Assembly (NCBI GenBank): GCA_026987115.1
Contig: JALSNF010000015.1
Location: 2,537 to 66,536 of the forward strand
Length of the DNA stretch: 64,000 nt
Origin: Desulfurobacteriaceae bacterium
GTDB taxonomy: Bacteria; Aquificota; Aquificia; Desulfurobacteriales; Desulfurobacteriaceae
Reading direction: 5' to 3'
A model generated the notes under the pieces. That model was given only the letters and a program-made list of their open reading frames with translations, did not search any database and was not told the origin of the DNA. This document shows positions 38,538-49,489 of the stretch, one piece after another; positions within the stretch are counted from its first letter, which is position 1; each line of letters begins with the position of its first letter. A program made the position numbers and the translations under genes.

Positions 38538-39835
38538 TTTTCCATTTCCTTTAAAGCCCTTTCGGCTAGTAGCTTTCTCCTTTCCAGTTTACCTTTTACT
38601 CTCCTCTTTAGAGAGGGTAGAAGGCCAAAGTTGGCGTTCATAGGTTGGAAGTTCTTAGGGTCTGCGCTTGTAATGTATTTTAAGAGAGCTCCTATCATAG
38701 TAGTTTCTGGAGGGTAAACTGCTTCCTTACTTTCAACTAGCCTTTCTGCGTTAATCCCGGCAATTATACCTGTTGCCGCAGATTCAGGATATCCCTCTAC
38801 TCCCGTTATCTGTCCTGCAAACAGGACTTTAGGGTTTTTCTTTAGCTGAAGGGTTCTAAGGAGGAGTTTTGGAGAGTTTATAAAGGTGTTCCTGTGAATG
38901 CTTCCGTACCTTGCAAACTCTGCCTTTTCAAGTCCGGGAATTAGCCTAAAGACTCTCTTTTGTTCAGGGTACTTAAGTTTCGTCTGAAATCCGACCAAGT
39001 TTAATAAAGTTCCCTCCCTGTTTTCCTTCCTCAGCTGAACTACTGCGTAGGGCCTTTTTCCGGTTCTCGGGTCAACGAGGCCTACGGGCTTTAAGGGACC
39101 AAATAGTAAAGTCTCCTTTCCCCTCTCTGCCATCTCCTCTATTGGCATGCACCCTTCAAAGTAGCAGGCTTTCTCAAACTCTTTTAAGGGAACCTTTTCT
39201 GCCTCCATTAAGGCTTTGTAAAACCTCTCGTATTCTTCTTTCGTCATGGGACAGTTAAGGTAGTCTTTACCTCCCTTCCCGTACCTTGAACCCCAGAAGC
39301 ACTTTGAGTAGTCTATGCTATCTGCATAGACTATTGGAGATATGGCGTCGTAAAAGTGGAGCTCCCTTTCTCCCAAGTATTCCCTTAAGAAGTTTGAAAA
39401 GTCATCTGAAGTTAAGGGGCCAGTTGCAACGATTGTAATACCTTCCTTTGGGAGCTCTTTTACCTCTTCCCTTATTACCTCAATGTTTGGGTGCTTTTCT
39501 ACCTTTTCGGTAATGTAATCTGCAAACTTCTCCCTATCTACTGCGAGAGCTCCCCCGGCTGGAACCTGAGTTTTCTTTGCCGCCTCTACCACTAAAGAGC
39601 CTAAAACTTCCATTTCCTTCTTTAAAAGCCCTCTGGGAGTTGTAATTTCAATGCCTCCTAAAGTGTTTGAACACACGAGCTCTGCCAGCTTACCGCTTTT
39701 GTGGGCGGGCGTGCTCCTTTTGGGCCTCATCTCAAAGAGGTAAACTTTCTTTCCCCTGTTTGCAGCTCTGTAGGCTGCCTCTACTCCTGCAAGCCCTCCG
39801 CCTATTACGTTTATTACCTTTTTAAGGTTTTCCAA
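38516..39835 (-). CDS. trmFO: Methylenetetrahydrofolate--tRNA-(uracil54-C5)-methyltransferase TrmFO
   Basis: TTG start (39835) after GGAGGAAG gives (M)[21 protein letters not shown] (FAD motif). Later motifs are ELVCSNT and [16 protein letters not shown]. The first 157 codons of the 596-aa track ORF are rejected. Confidence 0.9.
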   Translation of the reverse strand: MENLKKVINVIGGGLAGVEAAYRAANRGKKVYLFEMRPKRSTPAHKSGKLAELVCSNTLGGIEITTPRGLLKKEMEVLGSLVVEAAKKTQVPAGGALAVDREKFADYITEKVEKHPNIEVIREEVKELPKEGITIVATGPLTSDDFSNFLREYLGERELHFYDAISPIVYADSIDYSKCFWGSRYGKGGKDYLNCPMTKEEYERFYKALMEAEKVPLKEFEKACYFEGCMPIEEMAERGKETLLFGPLKPVGLVDPRTGKRPYAVVQLRKENREGTLLNLVGFQTKLKYPEQKRVFRLIPGLEKAEFARYGSIHRNTFINSPKLLLRTLQLKKNPKVLFAGQITGVEGYPESAATGIIAGINAERLVESKEAVYPPETTMIGALLKYITSADPKNFQPMNANFGLLPSLKRRVKGKLERRKLLAERALKEMEKWSRELS

Positions 39836-39893
39836 GTTAAAACTTCCTCCGTAGTAAAATTCACATCCAAAATTATAGAAAGGGGGGAAAGTA

Positions 39894-40811
39894 TTGAAAA
39901 TAGCTACTATAGACGTAGGGACAAACTCTACCCGTCTCTTAATATCAGAAGTTAAAGACGGAGAGGTTAAGCCCCTCTTTAAGAGGGGAAAGGTAACGAG
40001 GTTGGGTAGGGGGGTGAAGGAGAGGAGGGAGCTCTCAAGGGAAGGAATAGAGGAGACCCTCAAGGCCCTTAGAGAGTTTAAAGAGATAATCAGAGAATTT
40101 GGGGTAGAAAAGGTCGTAGTTGCAACTACAGAGGCTGCAAGGCTTGCAGAAAACAGTGAGGAGTTCTTGAATAAGGTTAGAGAGCTTGGGTTTGACATAA
40201 AGATACTCAGCGATAGGGAAGAAGCGGAGCTAGTTTTTAGAGCAAACGCCCTTAACTTTAAGGACTTTAAAGAGATAATAACCGTTGACCTTGGAGGCGG
40301 AAGCACCGAGATAGTTTACGGCAAAGAGGGAAGGGTAGAATACTTAAAGAGCCTAAAGTTTGGAGTGGTCTTTTTAGCTGAAGAGTTTTTAAAGAGCCCA
40401 AAGCCCACAGAAAGAGAGTTAAAAGAGCTTGAAGGGTTTATAGAGAAGGAGCTTTTAAAAGTTAAAAGGGAGCTCCCTCCTTTAAAAGAGCCCAAGGTAA
40501 TAGCTGTGGGGGGAACCATAACTTCGGTGGTTGCGATGGAAGAGAAAATGGAAGTTTACAATAGCGAGAAGGTTCACGGCTACACGATAACGAGGCAAAT
40601 GGTAAAGAAGTGGTATAAATTACTCTCGTCAATGGACATTGAAGAGAGGAAAAAGGTAAGAGGCCTTGAAGAAAAGAGGGCAGACGTTATAGTCCCGGGT
40701 TTAGCCTTCTTCAAGGTCTTCTGTAGCGTATTTAATATTGAGAAATTAACGGTGAGCGAACTTGGACTTCTTTACGGTTTAGCACTCAAGGAGGTATTGA
40801 AAAGTGGCTAA
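39894..40811 (+). CDS. Ppx/GppA-family phosphatase (exopolyphosphatase / pppGpp phosphohydrolase)
   Basis: 305 aa with the ASKHA-fold motifs [15 protein letters not shown] and [11 protein letters not shown] start. Confidence 0.85.
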   Translation: MKIATIDVGTNSTRLLISEVKDGEVKPLFKRGKVTRLGRGVKERRELSREGIEETLKALREFKEIIREFGVEKVVVATTEAARLAENSEEFLNKVRELGFDIKILSDREEAELVFRANALNFKDFKEIITVDLGGGSTEIVYGKEGRVEYLKSLKFGVVFLAEEFLKSPKPTERELKELEGFIEKELLKVKRELPPLKEPKVIAVGGTITSVVAMEEKMEVYNSEKVHGYTITRQMVKKWYKLLSSMDIEERKKVRGLEEKRADVIVPGLAFFKVFCSVFNIEKLTVSELGLLYGLALKEVLKSG

Positions 40812-42135
40812 AAGAATAGCAGTTATAGGAACTGGATACGTTGGACTTGTTTCGGGAGCCTGCTTTGCCTACTTGGGACACAAGGTAATAGGTTTAGACA
40901 TAGACAAGGAGAAAATAGAGAGGTTAAAAAGGGGAGAAGTTCCCATATACGAACCGGGACTTGAGTCAATACTAAACAAGGCGTTAAAGGAAGGAAACAT
41001 AGACTTTACGACAGACTACTCCTACGCGGTTAAAAACTCAGACTTTATCTTCATAGCAGTAGGAACGCCTTCTAAAGAGGACGGCTCTGCAGACCTTTCT
41101 TACGTAGAAAGTGCCTACAAAAGCGTAGCAGAGAACATAGATGACGAAGACTTTAAAGTAATAGTTAACAAATCTACAGTTCCCGTTGGCACCGGAAGGT
41201 GGGCTAAGGAGTTTATAAAGAACCTATTAAAGAAAAGAGGGGTAAAGGAGCCTGAAAAGAGGTTTGAGGTAGTCTCAAATCCTGAGTTCTTAAGGGAAGG
41301 AAAGGCAGTTGAAGACTTTATGAAGCCAGACAGGGTAGTTGTAGGGGCAGACAACAGGGAAGTAGGAGGCCTTGTAGCCTCCCTATACGAAAAGCTCCAA
41401 CCTCCCGTTCTCTTAACGGACCTCCCAACTGCCGAGATGATTAAGTACGCCTCAAACGCCTTCTTGGCAACGAAGATTTCCTTTATTAACGAAATTGCTA
41501 ACGTTTGCGAGGAGCTTGGAGCAGACATAACAGTAGTAGCAAGGGGAATGGGGCTTGACCACAGGATAAGCCCTTACTTCCTAAGAGCCGGATGCGGTTT
41601 TGGAGGAAGTTGCTTTCCAAAAGACGTAAAGGCTCTAATTCACACTGCAGAAAGGGTAAACCAAAAGCCACAGCTTTTAAAAGCAGTGATAGAAGTTAAC
41701 GAGAGGCAGAAACTAAAACCGGTAGAGAAGTTATTAAAGCACATTCCAAACATAGAAGGGAAAACGGTTGCTGTTTGGGGCCTTGCCTTTAAGCCAGAAA
41801 CGGATGACATGAGGGAAGCTCCGTCAATTCCCGTAATAAGGGAGCTTTTAAGGCGGGGAGCTCTCGTTAAAGCCTACGACCCTGTAGCAACAGAGAACGC
41901 AAAGAGAGCCTTAAGAAAAGAGATTGAAGAATATGGAGAAAAGCTTGTCTTTACGCAAGATAAGTATAATGCTTTAGATGGAGCGCAAGCTCTTTTACTG
42001 ATAACAGAATGGGAAGAGTTTAAAGAGATTGACTTTGATAAACTTAAGGGAAAAGTGGTGATTGACGGAAGGAACCTTTGGGAGCCTTCAGTTATGAGGA
42101 GATTTTGCACTTACGAAAGTATAGGGAGACCTTAA
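40804..42135 (+). CDS. ugd: UDP-glucose 6-dehydrogenase
   Basis: 443 aa with the N-terminal Rossmann motif IAVIGTGYVGLVSGACFA and the catalytic Cys motif GFGGSCFPKD. GTG start overlapping the ppx end. Confidence 0.9.
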   Translation: MAKRIAVIGTGYVGLVSGACFAYLGHKVIGLDIDKEKIERLKRGEVPIYEPGLESILNKALKEGNIDFTTDYSYAVKNSDFIFIAVGTPSKEDGSADLSYVESAYKSVAENIDDEDFKVIVNKSTVPVGTGRWAKEFIKNLLKKRGVKEPEKRFEVVSNPEFLREGKAVEDFMKPDRVVVGADNREVGGLVASLYEKLQPPVLLTDLPTAEMIKYASNAFLATKISFINEIANVCEELGADITVVARGMGLDHRISPYFLRAGCGFGGSCFPKDVKALIHTAERVNQKPQLLKAVIEVNERQKLKPVEKLLKHIPNIEGKTVAVWGLAFKPETDDMREAPSIPVIRELLRRGALVKAYDPVATENAKRALRKEIEEYGEKLVFTQDKYNALDGAQALLLITEWEEFKEIDFDKLKGKVVIDGRNLWEPSVMRRFCTYESIGRP

Positions 42136-42136
42136 G

Positions 42137-42760
42137 ATGAACATTACCAGCAACAGAGACAGCTTAAAGAAACTCTATTCCCCCTTTGGATGGATACTTG
42201 CAAAGGCAAAAGTCCCTCCCAACCTTATTACCCTTGGAGCCATACTATTTGGGAGCCTATCAGCTTTAATGTACTACTTAAAACACCCTGTAATAGGTGC
42301 TTTCCTCCTGTTTGTCTCTGGAATACTTGACCTTTGCGACGGCTACGTTGCGGTTAACAACAAGAAGGCGACAAAGTTTGGGGCAGTCTTTGACTGGATA
42401 GCGGATAAGTGGGTTGACGGATTTGTGCTGGGAGCGGTTGCCTTAAAGTATGCAAGCCCTCCAGTTGCACTGCTTGCCGTTGTGTCAACTATGCTCCATA
42501 CCTTTATAAAGCCTGTAGCCTATGCAGAGATAGGGTATAAAGAAAGGGATACTGGGAAGATAAAAGACCCCTTGGAGAAGACGGGATTTTTCGGCAGGCC
42601 TGAAACACTAATAACTCTCTTTGGAGCGTCTTTAATTTACCCTATTTACCACAAGGGGCTAACCTACGGAATCCTTTTTATAGCGGTAATGAGCACCCTA
42701 TCTCTCCTTCACAGGCTCTACTACCTTTACAGGGAATACGGTAAAGAATACGAGGTTTAA
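42137..42760 (+). CDS. CDP-alcohol phosphatidyltransferase (inositol-phosphate-type, archaeal AIPS/DIPPS-like)
   Basis: 207-aa membrane protein with the family signature D-x2-DG-x2-A...G-x3-D-x3-D, present here as DLCDGYVA...FGAVFDWIADK. Confidence 0.8.
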   Translation: MNITSNRDSLKKLYSPFGWILAKAKVPPNLITLGAILFGSLSALMYYLKHPVIGAFLLFVSGILDLCDGYVAVNNKKATKFGAVFDWIADKWVDGFVLGAVALKYASPPVALLAVVSTMLHTFIKPVAYAEIGYKERDTGKIKDPLEKTGFFGRPETLITLFGASLIYPIYHKGLTYGILFIAVMSTLSLLHRLYYLYREYGKEYEV

Positions 42761-42761
42761 T

Positions 42762-43430
42762 ATGGAAAGGCCTTACATTTTAATAGTTTCAGAGGTAACC
42801 ATTGACGGAAAGCTTACCCTTGCACGGGGAGTTTCAAGTAAAGAGATAATGAAGTTAATGGACCAGGAGGCTAACAAGTACCTACACCAGATAAGGGCCG
42901 AGTGTGATGGCATAATGGTTGGAGCTAATACGGTAAGGATAGACAACCCCAACTTAACGGTAAGATACGTTGAAGGGGAAAACCCTATAAGGATAATCCC
43001 TTCGTCAACCGGGGACATTCCCCTTGACTCAAACGTCCTCAACACGAGCGTAGCGCCAACTATTGTTGCGGTATCAGAGAGAGCTCCCAAAAAAAGAATT
43101 GAAGAGCTAAAAGCAAAGGGCGTTAAAGTTTTAACCGTTGGAAAAGAGAAAGTTGACTTTCCCCGGCTGCTTAAGGAGCTCTACAACCTCGGCATAAAGA
43201 AGTTAATGGTTGAGGGGGGAAGTAAGGTAAACTGGGAGCTCTTAAAAGAGGACCTTGTAGATGAGATTAGGTTAATTCACCTTCCTGTAGTTGTTGGAGG
43301 AGACGACGTTCCTTCTTTAACCTCAGGGGAAGGTTTTAAAACTTTAAACTCAGTAAAAAGGTTTAAAATAAAGAGAGTTTTCCAGTGCGGTAATCAAGTA
43401 ATTACAGAGTACATCCGTCAAGATGCTTAA
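42762..43430 (+). CDS. Stand-alone RibD-C-type reductase (archaeal-type 2,5-diamino-6-ribosylamino-pyrimidinone 5'-phosphate reductase)
   Basis: 222 aa with the architecture and motifs of the M. jannaschii-type reductase as I recall it (SEVTIDGKLT, IMVGANTVRIDNPNLTV, MVEGGSKVNWELLKEDLVDE, GEGFKT). No deaminase domain is present. Confidence 0.7.
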   Translation: MERPYILIVSEVTIDGKLTLARGVSSKEIMKLMDQEANKYLHQIRAECDGIMVGANTVRIDNPNLTVRYVEGENPIRIIPSSTGDIPLDSNVLNTSVAPTIVAVSERAPKKRIEELKAKGVKVLTVGKEKVDFPRLLKELYNLGIKKLMVEGGSKVNWELLKEDLVDEIRLIHLPVVVGGDDVPSLTSGEGFKTLNSVKRFKIKRVFQCGNQVITEYIRQDA

Positions 43431-44412
43431 GTACGTTTTAAAGCGTCTATTGCAAATGGTTCCACTTGTAATAGGGATGACCTTCATCTCTTTCCTCATA
43501 ATAAAGCTGGCTCCGGGAGACTACTTTTCCCAGCTTGAGCTCAATCCTTCAATATCCAGAGAGACGATAGAGGAGCTTAAAAAACTCTACGGCCTTGACC
43601 AAAACCTGCTGGTTCAATACTTTAAGTGGCTCGTTAACGCCCTTCAATTTAAGCTCGGCTATTCGTTTGCTTACCACAAACCGGTTATTTCTCTAATAAA
43701 AGAGAGGCTCGTTAACACTTTAGAGTTAACCTTAACCTCCTTTATCTTCTCCTGGTTAATAGCAGTGCCTTTAGGAATAGTTGCCGGCGTTTATAGGGGT
43801 AAACTCTTAGACAGGCTAATAACCTTCTTTTCCCTATTTGGAATATCGGTCCCAAACTTCTTTCTTGCCTTTATCTTTATGTACTTTGCCGCAAAAACCG
43901 GTCTTTTCCCAATAGGAGGGGTGGTCTCCCAAAACTACCAGTCCCTCTCGTTAGCAGGGAAAGTGCTTGATAGGCTGTGGCACATGGCAGTTCCGTTAAG
44001 CGTTTTGGTAATAGGCAGTATTGCAGGGCTTTTGAGGCTCGTAAGAAGCGTTATAATAGACGAGCTCCAGAAGGACTATGTTAAAGTGGCAGTTGCCAAA
44101 GGGCTTCCTTACAAAACGGTTGTGTTAAAACACGCCTTCAGGAACGCATTAAACCCTTTTTTAACCTTAATTGGTTTTGATATTGCAGGCCTCCTTTCGG
44201 GAGCTGCGTTGGTTGAGATAATAACTGCTTGGCCTGGAATGGGAAGGTTAATGTTTGAAGCCGTTATGTCTCAAGACATCTTCGTGGTTATGGCCTCCCT
44301 TTACATAGGTGGAATAATGCTGGTTTTGGGGAACTTAATAGCAGACCTTCTAATAGCTATTAACGACCCTAGGGTAAGGGAAAGGGAAGTTGAAGGGAAA
44401 ATTGCTAAATAA
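43423..44412 (+). CDS. Peptide/nickel ABC transporter permease (DppB/OppB type)
   Basis: 329 aa with 6 TM helices, the N-terminus LKRLLQMVPLVIGMTFISF and an EAA-loop region (KGLPYKTVVLKHAFRNAL). Confidence 0.85.
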   Translation: MLKYVLKRLLQMVPLVIGMTFISFLIIKLAPGDYFSQLELNPSISRETIEELKKLYGLDQNLLVQYFKWLVNALQFKLGYSFAYHKPVISLIKERLVNTLELTLTSFIFSWLIAVPLGIVAGVYRGKLLDRLITFFSLFGISVPNFFLAFIFMYFAAKTGLFPIGGVVSQNYQSLSLAGKVLDRLWHMAVPLSVLVIGSIAGLLRLVRSVIIDELQKDYVKVAVAKGLPYKTVVLKHAFRNALNPFLTLIGFDIAGLLSGAALVEIITAWPGMGRLMFEAVMSQDIFVVMASLYIGGIMLVLGNLIADLLIAINDPRVREREVEGKIAK

Positions 44413-45472
44413 TTTAAATTCCTTCCTTCAAGCTCTTTACAGAAGAAACTCACCTGCTTTCTTCTCTTTTGTTTTCCTTCTCCTCCTTTACTTTACTGCA
44501 CTTTTTGCAGACTTTATCTCTCCCTACCCTTACGATGTTCAATTTCGCCACTACCCCTACTGTCCTCCAACTTCTATAAACTTTATAGACGAAAAGGGCC
44601 ACTTCCACCTTAGGCCTTTCGTTTACGGCTATAAACTAGTTGACCCTGTGGAAAAGAGCTACACGGTTGACTACTCAAAAAAATATCCCATTTACTTTTT
44701 CGTTAAGGGAGAACCCCACTACTTACTTGGTTTTATTAAAACTACCTATCACCTCTTTGGAGTTAAAGGAGAAGGCCACCTGTTTTTGCTGGGAACAGAC
44801 AGGTTAGGTAGGGACATATTTTCAAGGCTACTTTATGGAACTAGGATTTCTTTAACAGTAGGCCTTGTCGGCGTTTTTATTTCCTTCTCAATTGCCTTGA
44901 TAGTGGGCTCGCTGGCAGGCTACTTTGGCGGCATCGTTGATACCCTTATAATGAGGCTAGTTGAAGTTTTAATGGCCTTTCCCGCTTTTTATCTTATGCT
45001 GGCTTTAAGGGCAATGTTTCCTGTTAACATGCCGAGCGTTTTGGTGTTTATCATAATAGTTGCCATTCTGTCCCTTATAGGTTGGGCAAGTCTTTCAAGG
45101 GTGATAAGGAGTATGGCGTTATCAATTAGGGAGAACGACTACGTTAAAGCTGCTAAAGTTTTGGGAGGGAGCTCCCTTTACATAATTTTAAAACACATAA
45201 TTCCAAACACTTTCTCCTACGTTATAATCGCTGCAACTTTAGCGGTTCCGGGCTACATTTTAGGAGAAGCGGCTTTAAGTTTAATAGGCCTTGGAGTTCA
45301 AGAGCCTTTCCCCTCGTGGGGGAACATGCTCTCTGAAGCAGAGAACGTTAATGTTTTAACATCCCATCCTTGGGTTTTGGCTCCGGGAATAGCAATTTCA
45401 GCAGTAATAGTAGCCTTTAACCTCTTAGGAGACGGCCTTAGAGACTATTTTGACGTAAAACTTGAGAGGTAG
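44390..45472 (+). CDS. Peptide/nickel ABC transporter permease (DppC/OppC type)
   Basis: 360 aa with LGTDRLGRDIFSRLLYG and an EAA loop (AAKVLGGSSLYIILKHIIPN). The start may instead be the in-frame TTG at 44402. Confidence 0.85.
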   Translation: MKGKLLNNLNSFLQALYRRNSPAFFSFVFLLLLYFTALFADFISPYPYDVQFRHYPYCPPTSINFIDEKGHFHLRPFVYGYKLVDPVEKSYTVDYSKKYPIYFFVKGEPHYLLGFIKTTYHLFGVKGEGHLFLLGTDRLGRDIFSRLLYGTRISLTVGLVGVFISFSIALIVGSLAGYFGGIVDTLIMRLVEVLMAFPAFYLMLALRAMFPVNMPSVLVFIIIVAILSLIGWASLSRVIRSMALSIRENDYVKAAKVLGGSSLYIILKHIIPNTFSYVIIAATLAVPGYILGEAALSLIGLGVQEPFPSWGNMLSEAENVNVLTSHPWVLAPGIAISAVIVAFNLLGDGLRDYFDVKLER

Positions 45473-45474
45473 GA

Positions 45475-46551
45475 ATGCTCTACATTCTCCTTTACTCTAT
45501 CTTGGGAATTATTCTATTTAAATACATAACTTTCAGGAGTATATACGCAGCCCTAACTGCAATGTTTATCGGCTTTTTCCTCTACCCCCTCTTTGAGAGA
45601 AAGTTAAAGGACCTTCAGTTTAAACAGACGATTAAAGAGTACATGCCGGAAAACCATAAGAAGAAGAATGTCCCAACTATGGGAGGCCTTTTAATAATAA
45701 CGGCACTTACTACTGCAGTTTTGCTTTGGAACAACATACTTAACCTTTACGTTTTAATAGCCCTTTTTACAGTATTAGGTTTTGGAGCTCTCGGCTTTGT
45801 TGACGATTACATAAAGGCGAAACTTAAAAAACCGGAAGGGCTTCCAGAAAAAGTTAAATTCTTAACGCAACTTATCCTTGCAACTGTAGTAGCAGTTCTC
45901 CTCTACAAAGAGGGTTTCTCTACTGAGCTCTACTTCCCGGTTTTTAAAAACCTACACTTTAACTTGGGACTCCTTTTTATACCTTGGGCGGTTTTTATAA
46001 TAGTTGGGAGCTCCAACGCCGTTAACATAACAGACGGACTTGACGGTCTTGCAATAGGCCCTGTTATAACGACGAGCTTCGTTTTAATGGTCTTTTCCTA
46101 CGTTGCAGGAAACTACAAACTTTCTCACTACTTAAACCTACCTTACATTCCCGGTGCAGGGGAGTTAACCGTAGTATGTGCAGCAGTTATAGGAGCTTCG
46201 TTGGCGTTTTTATGGTTTAACGCATACCCGGCAGAGGTTTTCATGGGAGATGTAGGCTCCCTCTCTTTGGGAGCTCTCTTGGGAACTATTGCCCTTTTAA
46301 TTAAGGAAGAGTTTATCTTGGCAATAGCCGGAATAGTCTTTGTGGTAGAGACCCTATCTGTAATAGCCCAAAGGTACTACTTTAAGTACACTAAGAAAAA
46401 GTTTGGAGAGGGAAGAAGGATATTTAAAATGGCCCCTCTACACCACCACTTTGAGAAGTTAGGCTGGCAGGAACCTAAGATAACGGTAAGGTTCTGGATT
46501 ATCTCTATAATCTTTGCTTTAATTGCCTTAAGCCTACTTAAGATACGCTAA
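45475..46551 (+). CDS. mraY: Phospho-N-acetylmuramoyl-pentapeptide transferase
   Basis: 358 aa with NAVNITDGLDGLA, FMGDVGS and the PLHHHFE motif. Confidence 0.95.
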   Translation: MLYILLYSILGIILFKYITFRSIYAALTAMFIGFFLYPLFERKLKDLQFKQTIKEYMPENHKKKNVPTMGGLLIITALTTAVLLWNNILNLYVLIALFTVLGFGALGFVDDYIKAKLKKPEGLPEKVKFLTQLILATVVAVLLYKEGFSTELYFPVFKNLHFNLGLLFIPWAVFIIVGSSNAVNITDGLDGLAIGPVITTSFVLMVFSYVAGNYKLSHYLNLPYIPGAGELTVVCAAVIGASLAFLWFNAYPAEVFMGDVGSLSLGALLGTIALLIKEEFILAIAGIVFVVETLSVIAQRYYFKYTKKKFGEGRRIFKMAPLHHHFEKLGWQEPKITVRFWIISIIFALIALSLLKIR

Positions 46552-46844
46552 ACTTGCAAACCTGCAGCCCTTAACACTTCTAAAACCCTTTTATTCTTTA
46601 GCCTACAGGGAGACTTTACGTTAAGCTTGTCAACCTTCTCTATTATCCCCATCTCCCTTAAAATAGTTCCGTGCTGAGACAGGAGAGGTTGAGGAACCCC
46701 TAGCTCCTCCCTAATTTCCTTAGGCTTTTTTGGCCCTTTGGCTAAAGAAACTATTATCCCTATCCTAATTGGGTTAGAGAGGATTTCAAAGAGCTTAGCA
46801 AACTCGTCGTATTTTTTATACTTCTTTTCGCAAGATTTTACCAT
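46548..46844 (-). CDS. ArsR/SmtB-family winged-helix transcription regulator
   Basis: Start set at ATG 46844 (MVKSCEKK) after GGGGAGG. wHTH region: LFEILSNPIRIGIIVSLAKGPKKPKEIREELGVPQPLLSQHGTILREMGII. There is no CxC metal site in helix 3. Confidence 0.7.
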   Translation of the reverse strand: MVKSCEKKYKKYDEFAKLFEILSNPIRIGIIVSLAKGPKKPKEIREELGVPQPLLSQHGTILREMGIIEKVDKLNVKSPCRLKNKRVLEVLRAAGLQV

Positions 46845-46892
46845 AAAGACCTCCCCACAAGTTCTAAAGTATTTTAACATAAGGGAGATAAC

Positions 46893-47543
46893 ATGTTAAA
46901 GAGAATTAAAGAAGACATAAAGACTGTTTTTGAAAGGGACCCGGCTGCAAGGAGCGTTTTGGAGGTCCTCCTTTGCTACCCTGGGCTCCACGCAATATGG
47001 TTTCACAGAGTAGCTCACTGGCTTTGGAACCACAAGTTAAAGCTTCTTGCAAGGCTTATCTCCCACATATCAAGGTGGTTAACTGGAATAGAGATACACC
47101 CGGGAGCCAAGATAGGAAGGCGCTTTTTCATTGACCACGGAATGGGAGTTGTGATAGGAGAGACAACTGAAATAGGAAACGACGTTACAATCTACCACCA
47201 AGTAACCTTAGGGGGAACAAGCACGAAGAAAGGAAAGAGGCACCCTACGATAGGGAACAACGTAGTAATAGGAGCAGGAGCTAAAGTTTTAGGGCCTGTT
47301 AAGATAGGGGATAACTGTAAAATAGGGGCAAACTCAGTGGTTATAAAGGATGTTCCTCCAAACTCAACAGTAGTTGGAATACCTGGGAAAATCGTAAGGA
47401 GAGAAGGAATTAAGCCAACGAAGGTTGACCTTGAGCACGGGAAACTCCCAGACCCTACAATGGAAGCCCTAAAACAAATACTAGACATTGTCCATAACCT
47501 AGAGGTAGAAGTAAAGCTCCTAAAAAGAGGAGAGAAGAGATGA
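46893..47543 (+). CDS. cysE: Serine O-acetyltransferase
   Basis: 216 aa with the N-terminal SATase helix region ([21 protein letters not shown]) and hexapeptide repeats ([25 protein letters not shown]). Confidence 0.9.
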   Translation: MLKRIKEDIKTVFERDPAARSVLEVLLCYPGLHAIWFHRVAHWLWNHKLKLLARLISHISRWLTGIEIHPGAKIGRRFFIDHGMGVVIGETTEIGNDVTIYHQVTLGGTSTKKGKRHPTIGNNVVIGAGAKVLGPVKIGDNCKIGANSVVIKDVPPNSTVVGIPGKIVRREGIKPTKVDLEHGKLPDPTMEALKQILDIVHNLEVEVKLLKRGEKR

Positions 47544-48438
47544 GAGCTTTCAGAACGGCTTTAATGTGTTTAATACTCTTAACTTTCCTCGTTTCAAAGG
47601 TGGAGGGAGAGGTTAAACCTGGCCAACGAATATACACGATTCAGCTAGGTGCTTTCAAAAGCAAAGAGGAAGCGTTAAAACTAATGGAAAAACTAAATAA
47701 CCTAAAGGCCAGAGTGGTTTTCGTAAAGAACAGGTACAAGGTTAGGGTAGGCATCTTCAAATCTTATAAAGAAGCTTTTCTTTATGCAAAGGAACATAAA
47801 ATAGCTCAAATAGTTCCTGACTTTTTCATTTCAAAGAGCGTTTACTATCCAAACTTGGTTGTTTACACTAACTACGCAAAACCCAAGAAGGTAAAAGAAG
47901 CTACTCCAAAACCTAAAACCAAGAAGGGCAACCGAAAGGAAGTTTCTAAGGACGAAAGAAAAGAATTGGAAAAGAAAGCCCCAGATAAAACCTCCCTTAA
48001 ACAAACTGTTAAACAAAGAGAAGTCCAGATGGTTAGAAAGCAGGAAGCTCTTCTTAAAAACTCATATGGGACTGGAAGTGGCAGAGGGCATATTTACGCA
48101 GTGGCCGTTGTGCTTTCCGTTCTACTTTTTGTCGTCCTCTTTTTCACTTTTAGAAGGAAGAATTTCTTGGGAGATTTTGAAGTTTATGTAGGAAGACTTT
48201 TTGAAGAGGGAAATTACGAAAAGGTAATAGAGACGGCTATTCCGTACTTGCAGAGAAACCCGAAGGACACTTTTACGAAAAAATTGGCAGCAGAGAGCTT
48301 TGAAAAACTGGGAATGTTTATAGAAGCAGGAACTTTGTATGAGGAGATTGCAGAGGAGCTCGGAGAGAAAGGTTTTTCCCTTTTAAAGGAGAGGTTTAAA
48401 GAAAAGGCGGAAAGGCTCTTATCTAAAGAATTTAGAAA

Positions 48439-48442
<4 letters not shown>
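47540..48442 (+). CDS. SPOR-domain membrane protein
   Basis: 300 aa with a signal/anchor, a SPOR repeat ([17 protein letters not shown]...[12 protein letters not shown]), a Lys/Pro-rich linker, a TM helix ([20 protein letters not shown]) and a helical C-terminal tail. ATGA overlap with cysE. Confidence 0.7.
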
Positions 48443-49481
<1,039 letters not shown>

Positions 49482-49489
49482 TTAGTGTT

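Noticed and set aside
39836-40306. The N-terminal 157 codons of the 596-aa minus-strand ORF 38516..40306 ([18 protein letters not shown]..., Ser/Leu-rich).
   Set aside because: This part is antisense to the well-supported ppx/gppA gene and has shadow-ORF composition. TrmFO homology starts only at (M)[16 protein letters not shown], with a TTG at 39835 preceded by GGAGGAAG.
40779-40811. An exact CIRCE left half-site, TTAGCACTC, followed by AGTGGCTAA across the ppx/ugd junction. This is relevant because hrcA is in the window.
   Set aside because: The spacer is 15 nt rather than the invariant 9. The right arm has an inserted G relative to GAGTGCTAA. The site is within coding sequence, and the downstream gene (ugd) is not a chaperone. 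No canonical CIRCE was seen upstream of hrcA (32396-32439) either.
47870-48010. Repetitive-looking AAG/AAA/CCA-rich DNA.
   Set aside because: It encodes the Lys/Pro-rich low-complexity linker of the SPOR protein ([21 protein letters not shown]...). It is not a tandem DNA repeat or a mobile element.
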